From an uncultured Lachnospiraceae bacterium (lineage in GTDB: Bacteria; Bacillota; Clostridia; Oscillospirales; CAG-272), in NCBI GenBank assembly GCA_964580615.1, contig CAZOMK010000001.1, forward strand, positions 1 to 34,151: a stretch of 34,151 bases of DNA. The letters are read 5' to 3'. The notes under the pieces were generated by a model that did no database searches, was not told where the DNA came from, and saw only the letters and a list, made by a program, of their open reading frames with translations. Made by a program: the position numbers and the translations under genes. Position 1 is the first letter of the stretch. The number at the start of each line of letters is the position of its first letter. Below, one piece after another: positions 18,265 through 26,424 of the stretch.

Positions 18265-19995
18265 ATGAAAAAAATTCTGTCCTTGTTGTTGTCCCTTATG
18301 CTTGTTTTATCTCTACTGATCCCGACGTACACCGTTTTTGCGGATTCGCAGATAAGTCAATCCGCGGCAGGCGAACGTGTCATTCACAAAGGTGTACCGG
18401 AGCATTGGCAGAGTAAAAACGGCTACGTCGGCTTCTACACAAAGTATGTCATGGTGTACGGCATCCCCGTTCTCTCGACAGATGACGTCGAGGATTGGGT
18501 GCTGTTCCGCGCATACGACGTGCTTGAGGTATATCTTCGCAAGATATACTACGAATACCCCGAAATCATAAATTCACTCATCAAAAACAAAGCAAACGTG
18601 ATCGTTATCGGTCTGAATGAATACAACATTCAGCATCCGGACTGGACCGCTTATGAGGAAGCAATGGGCGAGGCGGGCAAAACCGAACGTCGCGGCGGCG
18701 GCTCGCTCGAAACGACAGTCCTTGTAGACGACCTCGGCATCAAGGATCCGAACAATTGGTTCTCCGATTTCTGCGGTCTGATACATGAATTCACGCATAC
18801 AATGCTCGGATACGGCATCGGAGACGCCGATCACGCGGGAGCACGTCCCGACATTTTCGAAAAGATCAACGACGCATACGAATCCGCGTACAAGGCATAT
18901 CAAAAGAGCGGCAAATACAATGAATCCTCCTATGATATGAACAACTATCACGAATACTTCGCCGGTCAGGTCGGACGTTGGTTCAATGCAAACGGAACAA
19001 ATCTCAAGGTCAAGGGCGCCACCAAAAAAACAGAACGCGAACAGCTTGAAGCGTATGACCCCGACATTTACGCCGTATGCGAAATGCTTTTCGGCGAGTA
19101 TGACGTGATCAAGCCTTGGGGCAAGGGAACGGACAGCGTGATCGACGAAAACGAAGTTATCGTCGATTATTCGCCGCTTGCAACAAGAATAGGCGAGCTT
19201 TCCGCATTCAGCGAAGAAATGTTCGAAAGCGGCTTTGATGCACTCAAAACAGCGCTTGATTCCGCAAAAGCCGCGCTCCGCGAGGGCGGTCTTTCCGCTG
19301 ATGACATTTCTGCCGAGCTTGCAAAGCTGAACGCGGCTTTCGCAGGGCTTGTTCCAGCGGACGGCAATCTTTCCGTCTTTGCAACGCCGAGCACGACATT
19401 CGTTTCGTCTTGGGAGACTCTGTCTGCAGTCAATGACGGCAAATGGTCAAAGGTCTCCAATTCCTCCGATTGCCCTCATTACGGCTCATGGGGAAACAAC
19501 AGCGAATCCGAAACCGTTACCTACACTTGGGATATGCCCGTTAAGATCTCGTCCTCCGATCTTTACATCTGGACAGACAACTACACAACAAACTCCAACA
19601 TCGCGATTCCCGAATCGTATATTTATGAGTATCTCGATGAGAACGGCGAATGGCACGAGGTAACTGGAGCCGACGATTATTCCGTGCTCCGCGCGCGTGA
19701 CGGCGGAAAGGAAGAAAATCTCGACGGCTTTAATCTGACAAACTTCGACGAAATCGAAACAACCGCCTTTCGCGTAACGCTTTATAAGGAATCAAAGGGC
19801 GATTACGGTGTCGGCATCGTCGAATGGAAGGTATACGGCAGCTTCGCTGATGAAAAAAAACCTGCTGTCGATACACCCACCACAGACACCGCTCCCTCGG
19901 ATGAAGGCGAAGGCGGATGCGGAGCATCTGTCGGAACGCTTCCCCTCCTTGCGCTTGCGCTCTCGCCCGTGCTTTTGAAAAAGCGCCGCAAATAA
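18265..19995 (+). CDS. secreted, C-terminally anchored protein: HExxH domain, FIVAR-like linker and discoidin-like glycan-binding module
   Basis: AGGAGG lies 8 nt upstream. It has a signal peptide (MKKILSLLLSLMLVLSLLIPTYTVFA), HEFTH at 18784-18798, a helical FIVAR-like segment and a jelly-roll segment (SWETLSAVNDGKW...VEWKVYG). The C-terminus reads GGCGAS, a hydrophobic helix, then KKRRK. Confidence 0.85.
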   Translation: MKKILSLLLSLMLVLSLLIPTYTVFADSQISQSAAGERVIHKGVPEHWQSKNGYVGFYTKYVMVYGIPVLSTDDVEDWVLFRAYDVLEVYLRKIYYEYPEIINSLIKNKANVIVIGLNEYNIQHPDWTAYEEAMGEAGKTERRGGGSLETTVLVDDLGIKDPNNWFSDFCGLIHEFTHTMLGYGIGDADHAGARPDIFEKINDAYESAYKAYQKSGKYNESSYDMNNYHEYFAGQVGRWFNANGTNLKVKGATKKTEREQLEAYDPDIYAVCEMLFGEYDVIKPWGKGTDSVIDENEVIVDYSPLATRIGELSAFSEEMFESGFDALKTALDSAKAALREGGLSADDISAELAKLNAAFAGLVPADGNLSVFATPSTTFVSSWETLSAVNDGKWSKVSNSSDCPHYGSWGNNSESETVTYTWDMPVKISSSDLYIWTDNYTTNSNIAIPESYIYEYLDENGEWHEVTGADDYSVLRARDGGKEENLDGFNLTNFDEIETTAFRVTLYKESKGDYGVGIVEWKVYGSFADEKKPAVDTPTTDTAPSDEGEGGCGASVGTLPLLALALSPVLLKKRRK

Positions 19996-20035
19996 GCAGG
20001 CTGTATGCAAAATAAAGCTTAGAGAAGGTGAAATT

Positions 20036-20521
20036 GTGACAACCGTTCAAAAGGATGAATATGTATTCTCCGTGGATATTGAAAAAACTCAAGAATATTA
20101 TAAAAAACATTCCGTTTGCGAGTGCACTTATTGTCGCAATTATTATGCCCAGATCAAAAATAAGCTCCCGAAATTAAATGATTGTTTAAGTGAGTTTGGA
20201 GTTGATGCTTCAAAGCCGGACGAAATAATGAGCGTTGAAGCGGATAATTGCATTGATTACATCAATGTTGACTATACCGTTTGCGGAAAAGTTACATCAA
20301 TGGGAAACTATGAAATTGATATATACGACGACTTGTTTTTAAGCATCGTTATTACAAACGGTCATGCTTCGCCGAACGAACAAAGCGGAGAATATTTTAC
20401 AATTTCCGTTATGCAGATCAAGCTACCTTGGGTGCTTGACGAATCCTTTCCAAAGCCGATAACGGAAAAGTGCTCCACAGAAAAAAAGGGGCTGAAACTG
20501 TTCAAAAAATTCAAAAAATAA
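20036..20521 (+). CDS. 161-aa hypothetical protein in an AT-rich islet
   Basis: The GTG start follows GAAGGTG. It has a Cys motif (CECTYCRNYY) and no recognisable family. Hand counts of two 60-nt lines give about 30-35% G+C, against about 63% in a flanking line. Confidence 0.6.
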   Translation: MTTVQKDEYVFSVDIEKTQEYYKKHSVCECTYCRNYYAQIKNKLPKLNDCLSEFGVDASKPDEIMSVEADNCIDYINVDYTVCGKVTSMGNYEIDIYDDLFLSIVITNGHASPNEQSGEYFTISVMQIKLPWVLDESFPKPITEKCSTEKKGLKLFKKFKK

Positions 20522-20532
20522 GCTTCGGGATC

Positions 20533-20570
20533 AAGGCTCCGCTTGTCACATCAGGCGGAGCCTTTCTCTT
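20533..20570 (+). terminator. terminator-like hairpin ending the GH2-to-orphan operon
   Basis: A 10-bp stem, AAGGCTCCGC (20533-20542) pairing with GCGGAGCCTT (20555-20564), is followed by a weak T tract (TCTCTT). Confidence 0.5.
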
Positions 20571-20700
20571 ACCTCCGTGCCGCGCAACCCCAAAAGTCCG
20601 AAGATGGCAGTTTTCGTCGTAATCCGAAGCAAATCAGCGAGCTTTGACGCATACGAACGATCCGGATCGAACGCTTTTTAGATTATTGCCGCCGCGTCGA

Positions 20701-20729
20701 TTGACACCCGCTCCGATAGGTAATATAAT
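20701..20729 (+). promoter_or_regulatory. consensus sigA promoter of the ligase-like/GT2 operon
   Basis: TTGACA (20701-20706), exactly 17 nt, then TATAAT (20724-20729). A GGGAGG RBS follows at 20745-20750. Confidence 0.75.
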
Positions 20730-20833
20730 AAACTAAAAGCCGAAGGGAGGCGCGAAAAACGTCATCAGACGATAAGCTCATTCATCCGCCGAGACCGTCG
20801 GCGTTCATCACCACCATAACCGTTATTCAGCCG

Positions 20834-22132
20834 ATGATGGACGTCGGATCGTATCTTCTTGCCTCAAACGGGTACGGAAATTCGCTTTCATCCGCCGTAA
20901 GGCTCGCCGTGCTCGCTGTCACAGTCGCGTTCGGGATGAGCTGTGCGCGCAATAAGCGACCGTTTTACCGCACGCTTGCCGTGCTGTCGCTGTTCGTCGC
21001 GCTTCACGTCGCCTTTATCTCAAGCTACTGTACGCCCACCGTCGCCGATATTGTAAATCTCATACGTATTTTTTCGCTTCCGCTGACTGTAATATCAGTC
21101 AGTTCCATGCTCGACGCAGACGAAACGGCAGTTGACGCACTTTCCCGCGCTGTTTCGACGGCGCTCGCCGTCATCGTTGCCGTAATGCTCATATCGGCGC
21201 TGACAGACACCGATCCGCACACGTATTCGGGGAAAAAGCTCGGCACGCTCGGCTGGTTTTCAAACACAAATTCGCAAAGCGCGATCCTTTCGTCCGCCGT
21301 GCCGTTTTCGATAGCTTATGCAATGACAAAAAAGCGCGCTGCCGTGCCGACAGTCGTCCTCATCGGCTTCGCCGCGCTCTATTATATCGGCACGAGACTC
21401 GCCTACGCCGCGATCTTCGGAATTTCACTTGCGTTTTTCGTCGCAGTAACAGCGATGAAGCGTCACGGTAAAGTCACCGCGTCTCCGATCATATTTATAA
21501 CGGCTTCCGTTGTCGCCCTGCTCCTGCTCCCGTTTTCTCCGATGGCGGAAAACAGACGTCAGGTTGCGGCAAACGCAGACGCAAAAGCCGAGCTGACGGA
21601 CGAGCTGTACGAGCTCGGCGGCGCGAAAGAGGTGTATGATCACTTCCTCGGCGGCTTGACGGATCGTTTCGGCTTCGACATTGTATATGACGCATACGAC
21701 GCTTCGCTCGATTCGTCCGTTTTGACTGACGCACGCCTCGAAAAGCTCACGTTTTCACGATTGCTTCTGCGGGAGCGTCCGCTTTGCCGCTTTTTCGGTC
21801 TTGACTATGCCTCAATGACACATGACGGCGAAAGCTTCGATGCGGAAAACGATCTTCACGGCATCTTTTTTCTTTGCGGAGGCTTCGGTCTGCTTTTGCT
21901 CATCTTGCTTTTGATGTCAGCTTCGCTTCCGCTTTTGTTCTGCGTGCTGAAGCATCCGAAAATGCTCACCCCCTACACCGCCGCAACGCTTATATCGTTT
22001 TCATGCAGTCTCGCCCACGCATATTTCACGGCAGGCGTGCTGCGCCGTCCCAACGCTTCGTTTTACCTCGCCGTCACGCTTGCGGTGATGCTTTATCTTT
22101 ATAAAAATCAAAAAAAGGAGGAAAAACCGTGA
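20834..22132 (+). CDS. O-antigen ligase-like (Wzy_C family) polytopic membrane protein, paralogue 1
   Basis: A multi-TM protein with GWFSNTNSQSAILSS, an extracytoplasmic loop, ENDLHGIFFLCGGFGLL and AHAYFTAGVLRRPNASFYLA. The coordinates use the first ATG. Homology to paralogue 2 continues upstream to an ACG at 20759 (see findings). Confidence 0.8.
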   Translation: MMDVGSYLLASNGYGNSLSSAVRLAVLAVTVAFGMSCARNKRPFYRTLAVLSLFVALHVAFISSYCTPTVADIVNLIRIFSLPLTVISVSSMLDADETAVDALSRAVSTALAVIVAVMLISALTDTDPHTYSGKKLGTLGWFSNTNSQSAILSSAVPFSIAYAMTKKRAAVPTVVLIGFAALYYIGTRLAYAAIFGISLAFFVAVTAMKRHGKVTASPIIFITASVVALLLLPFSPMAENRRQVAANADAKAELTDELYELGGAKEVYDHFLGGLTDRFGFDIVYDAYDASLDSSVLTDARLEKLTFSRLLLRERPLCRFFGLDYASMTHDGESFDAENDLHGIFFLCGGFGLLLLILLLMSASLPLLFCVLKHPKMLTPYTAATLISFSCSLAHAYFTAGVLRRPNASFYLAVTLAVMLYLYKNQKKEEKP

Positions 22133-23565
22133 CAAAAAGACTGAAAAGCTTCACTTTGAAGCACCTGCGGGAAATAACGCTTGCGCTTGTCGTCGTTCAG
22201 CCGGCAGCGGACGTCATTTCATATTGGCTCGCATTTTTCGGAATATCAAACTATCCGACGCTGATCCTGCGGCTTTTGCTCCTTGCCGCGACGTTCTTTT
22301 GCGGCTTTGCTGTCTCGTCGAGGAAGCGCGCATACCTTGCCTTCATCGTAATCGCCGCGCTGATCGCGGCAGGTCACGCGGCACCTTCCGCCGTATCGGG
22401 ATATATTGCCCCCGTTTCGGACTTGACAAACTACGTTCGGGTGCTCCTCACTCCCGTGACCGCGCTCGCTCTTATCTCATTTTTACGCACCGAAAAGGGC
22501 GCGGACAGCTACGATTCAATCAAGATCGGCTTCACATTCAATCTTTTCTTTATCGCCGCCGTTGTCGTTATCGCAACAGTGACAGGCACAGACCCTCACA
22601 CATACGCCTACACAGGAGTTATAGGTTGGTTTTCCAACACCAACTCGCAAAGCGCGATTCTTTCGTCGATATCGCCAGTAGCCGTCGCGTTCACCTATAT
22701 GCGCTTCGGCATCAAGCATCCGTTGTTCATGCTTTCGCTCGCTTCTTCCGCTCTGATGCTTTACTTTTTCGGCACAAGGCTTGCCTTCGCCGGACTCGTT
22801 GCCGTGACGATCGGGATCGCAGTCTCAATTGTGATCGTTTCTCCCAAAAAGATGCGCGACGCCGCCGCGATATTTTTCGTAGGCGCTGTCCTTTTGCTCT
22901 GTGCGCCCCTCTCGCCCATGGCAAAGCATCAAAAAAATTATCAGAACGTCCAATCCGAGCGGCAGGACAGCGTCGACGACATTACGGGTAGCAGTCTGTC
23001 GCAATCGCCGTCTGACATGACGGACGACGAAAAATCCCGTCTCGCCATCGAACTTGCTCCCATCTACGAAAAGTACATTCCCGACTTCGTTGAAATGTTC
23101 GGCGTTCAGCGCACGGCGGAGCTGTACAATTATTCATCCGACATCGCAAAAATAACGGCGACGCGTCCGAAAAAGCTCATTTTCGCAAAGCTTTTGATGC
23201 AGGATTCGCCGGCTGTGTGCCGTCTTTTCGGGATCGAGCTTGCTCGCTTTACCGTCGACGGCAACAACTATGACGTCGAAAATGATTTTCACGGCATTTA
23301 TTATCTTTACGGCGCCGTCGGACTCGGCGCAATGCTAATTTTCATCGGATATTTTATATTTCTCATCCTTCGCAGACTCATATCGAAAATTCCTCTGCCG
23401 CTCGACGCATTCGCATGGGGCATTTCCCTCGTCATGACCTTAGCGCACGCCTTCTTCACGGCAGGTGTACTTCGACGTCCGAGCGCTTCGTTTTACCTTG
23501 CCGTCTCGCTTGCCGCCGTATATTATCTGACGCGGATCAAATCCGAAACGGGGGAGAACAAATGA
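22129..23565 (+). CDS. O-antigen ligase-like (Wzy_C family) polytopic membrane protein, paralogue 2
   Basis: The GTG start overlaps the upstream stop as GTGA and follows AAGGAGG. It has GWFSNTNSQSAILSS, ENDFHGIYYLYGAVGLG and AHAFFTAGVLRRPSASFYLA. Confidence 0.85.
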   Translation: MTKRLKSFTLKHLREITLALVVVQPAADVISYWLAFFGISNYPTLILRLLLLAATFFCGFAVSSRKRAYLAFIVIAALIAAGHAAPSAVSGYIAPVSDLTNYVRVLLTPVTALALISFLRTEKGADSYDSIKIGFTFNLFFIAAVVVIATVTGTDPHTYAYTGVIGWFSNTNSQSAILSSISPVAVAFTYMRFGIKHPLFMLSLASSALMLYFFGTRLAFAGLVAVTIGIAVSIVIVSPKKMRDAAAIFFVGAVLLLCAPLSPMAKHQKNYQNVQSERQDSVDDITGSSLSQSPSDMTDDEKSRLAIELAPIYEKYIPDFVEMFGVQRTAELYNYSSDIAKITATRPKKLIFAKLLMQDSPAVCRLFGIELARFTVDGNNYDVENDFHGIYYLYGAVGLGAMLIFIGYFIFLILRRLISKIPLPLDAFAWGISLVMTLAHAFFTAGVLRRPSASFYLAVSLAAVYYLTRIKSETGENK

Positions 23566-24539
23566 AGCTGTCCGTCATAATCCCCGCTTACAACACAGCG
23601 GAATATCTGCGCGAATGTGTCGATTCCGTAAAAATATGCGACGGTGTTGAGATCATCCTTGTCGATGACGGAAGCACGGACGGCGTTACCCCGTCCATTT
23701 GCGACGAGCTTGCGTCGGAGCGGAGCGATATCAAAACAGTGCACAGCCCAAACAAGGGACTCGGCGGCGCGCGCAGCTTGGGCTTGACTTACGCAAGCGG
23801 CGACTACGTCCTTTTTCTCGATAGCGACGATCTTCTCGCAAACGGCGCCGTTGATACGCTTCTTGAAGCAACCGAGCACGGCGACGACGTTATCGCGTTC
23901 GGATTTTTCGTCCGAAACGGCAACACCGACACCGCCTACATTCCGAATATATGTCTGCCGAACAGACGATTTTCGGTCAGATCAAATCCCGACTATCTTC
24001 TGTCGCTTCCGTCGGCATGGTCACGCGCATGGAAGCGTTCGTTTCTGACAGCGTCCGAGATCACTTTCCCCGAAAAGCTGCGCTATGAGGATCTTGCAAC
24101 GGTACCGGCGCTCCTCGCCGCCGCAAAAACGATATACCCGCTGCAAAAAGAGCTTTACATATATCGCATACGACCGGGATCCATCATGTCCGATTCGTCA
24201 CCACAAAAAAACAAAGACGTTCTTGCTGCTTTCGACCTGCTTCTGTCAAGCTTTGATCACCTCGGACTTACCGAAGCATATAAAAACGAGCTTGAACGAC
24301 TCGCCATCGATCACATACTGATCGCCGCCTCCGTGCGCGTTCTTTCCGGACGCAAAAAAAGCGCGCGCGAAGCTGTGCGAAAGCTCGTCCGTTACGTTGA
24401 TCTGCATTTTCCGACGCTCGAAAAAAATCCGCATTTCAAGTCACTTTCGTTCAAGCACCGACTTGTTTTCTCGTTCGTCCGAAACGATCACACAAGACTC
24501 GCTCAATTCTGCATCCGCATACATAATCTCATAAGCTGA
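23562..24539 (+). CDS. family 2 glycosyltransferase
   Basis: The ATG overlaps the upstream stop as ATGA. It has MKLSVIIPAYNTAEYLRECVDSV, ILVDDGSTDG, NKGLGGARSLGL and DYVLFLDSDD. The track ORF from 23415 is over-extended. Confidence 0.9.
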   Translation: MKLSVIIPAYNTAEYLRECVDSVKICDGVEIILVDDGSTDGVTPSICDELASERSDIKTVHSPNKGLGGARSLGLTYASGDYVLFLDSDDLLANGAVDTLLEATEHGDDVIAFGFFVRNGNTDTAYIPNICLPNRRFSVRSNPDYLLSLPSAWSRAWKRSFLTASEITFPEKLRYEDLATVPALLAAAKTIYPLQKELYIYRIRPGSIMSDSSPQKNKDVLAAFDLLLSSFDHLGLTEAYKNELERLAIDHILIAASVRVLSGRKKSAREAVRKLVRYVDLHFPTLEKNPHFKSLSFKHRLVFSFVRNDHTRLAQFCIRIHNLIS

Positions 24540-24544
24540 TACAA

Positions 24545-24570
24545 AAAAGACCGCAAAGCGGTCTTTTTTG
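24545..24570 (+). terminator. rho-independent terminator after GT2
   Basis: AGACCGC (24548-24554), loop AAA, GCGGTCT (24558-24564), then TTTTT. Confidence 0.8.
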
Positions 24571-24580
24571 CGTTAAACCG

Positions 24581-24609
24581 TTGACTTCGTGAGCGAATAC
24601 GGATAAAAT
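24581..24609 (+). promoter_or_regulatory. promoter of the ABC importer operon
   Basis: TTGACT (24581-24586), a 17-nt spacer, then TAAAAT (24604-24609). Confidence 0.6.
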
Positions 24610-24647
24610 TAAATTTATACACCGCTGACAAAGCAAAGGAGACAAAT

Positions 24648-25538
24648 ATGGACAACAACGACCGTATCGGCTGGCTCTATCTTCTTCCGGCAATCATTTT
24701 TTTAGCCGTTTTCATGGTATATCCGCTCATAGATGTGTTCGTTTATTCTTTTGAGGAAAGCTACAACTCCGCATCTCAAACTTTCTCCGGCGTCGGAACG
24801 TTCAACTATTCTTACGTTTTGCACGATCACTACTTCATCCAAGCATTAAAAAACACATTTATTCTCGTTATAATAACAGTGCCAGTCTCAACGGGGCTCG
24901 CGCTTTTGATTTCGCTCGGATTAAGCTCGATAACAAAGCTGAGAAAGCTCTTTCAGACAATATATTTTTTGCCGTACGTTACAAACACGCTTGCCGTCGG
25001 TCTTGTATTCATGATACTTTTCAAAAAAACTCCGTACACGGACGGTCTTGTAAACGTTATTCTCGGACTTTTCGGTATGTCACCCGTTGATTTTATCGAC
25101 GGCCCCTATTGGGCAAAGATGTTGGTTTTGTGCGTATATACGATCTGGGTCGTGCTTCCATTCAAGATCCTGCTCCTCACCTCGGCGCTTGCGTCGGTAA
25201 ACGAAACATACTATAACGCCGCCAAGATCGACGGCTCCTCCAGGGCTCGCATTTTCTTCCGAATAACGATCCCCATGATATCCCCAACGATTTTTTATTT
25301 GATAATCACCGGCTTTATAGGCGCGTTCAAGGCATACAGCGACGCTGTCGCGCTTTTCGGCACAAGCCTTAACGCCGCCGAAATGAACACCATCGTCGGC
25401 TATGTTTACGATATGCTCTACGGAAACAGCGGCGGCTACCCGTCGTATGCATCTGCGGCAGCTATAATCCTGTTTGCCATCGTTTTGACGATCACGACAA
25501 TAAATCTGCTTATAAGCCGTAAGCACGTTCACTATTAA
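24648..25538 (+). CDS. carbohydrate ABC transporter permease (MalF/UgpA-like)
   Basis: Six TM helices with the EAA-type loop YYNAAKIDGSSRARIFFRITIPMISP. AAAGGAG RBS. Confidence 0.9.
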   Translation: MDNNDRIGWLYLLPAIIFLAVFMVYPLIDVFVYSFEESYNSASQTFSGVGTFNYSYVLHDHYFIQALKNTFILVIITVPVSTGLALLISLGLSSITKLRKLFQTIYFLPYVTNTLAVGLVFMILFKKTPYTDGLVNVILGLFGMSPVDFIDGPYWAKMLVLCVYTIWVVLPFKILLLTSALASVNETYYNAAKIDGSSRARIFFRITIPMISPTIFYLIITGFIGAFKAYSDAVALFGTSLNAAEMNTIVGYVYDMLYGNSGGYPSYASAAAIILFAIVLTITTINLLISRKHVHY

Positions 25539-25548
25539 GGAGCACGAA

Positions 25549-26424
25549 ATGACAAATCATTATGATTTTGAAAAGCTTGAGCGACGTTCCAAGCGAAGAA
25601 AGCTCACGCTGAAGGCGATAATATATTTCTTCCTCGCAATTTGGGCTGTTGCGGTGCTGTTTCCTTTCTATTGGATGCTTTTGACCTCCGTAAAGGACTA
25701 CGGCGCGTACAACGGCGAATACATTCCGAAGCTGTTCACCCTCTCGCCGACGCTTGAAAATTACAAGAACACTTTTGCGTCGGTGCCCTTGGCGGACTAC
25801 ATTCTCAACACCGTTATCTTCACCGTTGTCACAACGGTGCTGATGCTCGTCGTAACAGTGCTTGCCGCGTTTGCCTTTGCTAGACTGAACTTCAAGGGAC
25901 GTGATCTTGCTTTTACGATCTTTCTTTCAATGATGATGATTCCGAGCGAGCTCGTCGTTATAACAAACTACGTCACCGTCACCGATCTGAACATGAAAAA
26001 CTCCTTTACGGGACTGATTCTCCCCTCCGTGACAGCGGTTTTTTATATCTATTTGCTCAAGGAAAATTTCGCTCAGGTTTCCGATGAGCTTTACTATGCG
26101 GCGAAGGCGGACGGCTGCGGCAACTTCAAATATCTGTGGCGCGTACTGCTTCCGATCTGCCGTCCCACTGTTGTGACAATCACAATATTGAAGGTCATCG
26201 AATGCTGGAACAGCTACGTTTGGCCGCGTCTTATCACGGACGATCAAAAATACTTTCTTGTGTCGGGCGGAATTCAGGAAATCCGCGAAAACGGCTTCGG
26301 CAGAGAAAACATACCTGCGATGATGGCGGCTGTCGTCATCATTTCCGTGCCGCTGATCGTGCTGTTTCTCATTTTCCGTAACAAAATTATGGAGGGTGTC
26401 GCAAGAGGAGGTACAAAGGGATGA
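25549..26424 (+). CDS. carbohydrate ABC transporter permease (MalG/UgpE-like)
   Basis: Six TM helices with the EAA-type loop LYYAAKADGCGNFKYLWRVLLPICRP. AAGGAG RBS. Confidence 0.9.
   Translation: MTNHYDFEKLERRSKRRKLTLKAIIYFFLAIWAVAVLFPFYWMLLTSVKDYGAYNGEYIPKLFTLSPTLENYKNTFASVPLADYILNTVIFTVVTTVLMLVVTVLAAFAFARLNFKGRDLAFTIFLSMMMIPSELVVITNYVTVTDLNMKNSFTGLILPSVTAVFYIYLLKENFAQVSDELYYAAKADGCGNFKYLWRVLLPICRPTVVTITILKVIECWNSYVWPRLITDDQKYFLVSGGIQEIRENGFGRENIPAMMAAVVIISVPLIVLFLIFRNKIMEGVARGGTKG

Noticed and set aside
20570-20657. ORF-free ~90-nt stretch after the operon hairpin, with TCCGAAG direct repeats, considered as an sRNA or a gene remnant.
   Set aside because: It has no promoter/terminator pair of its own and no stable structure I could fold by eye. 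The evidence is insufficient without transcript data.
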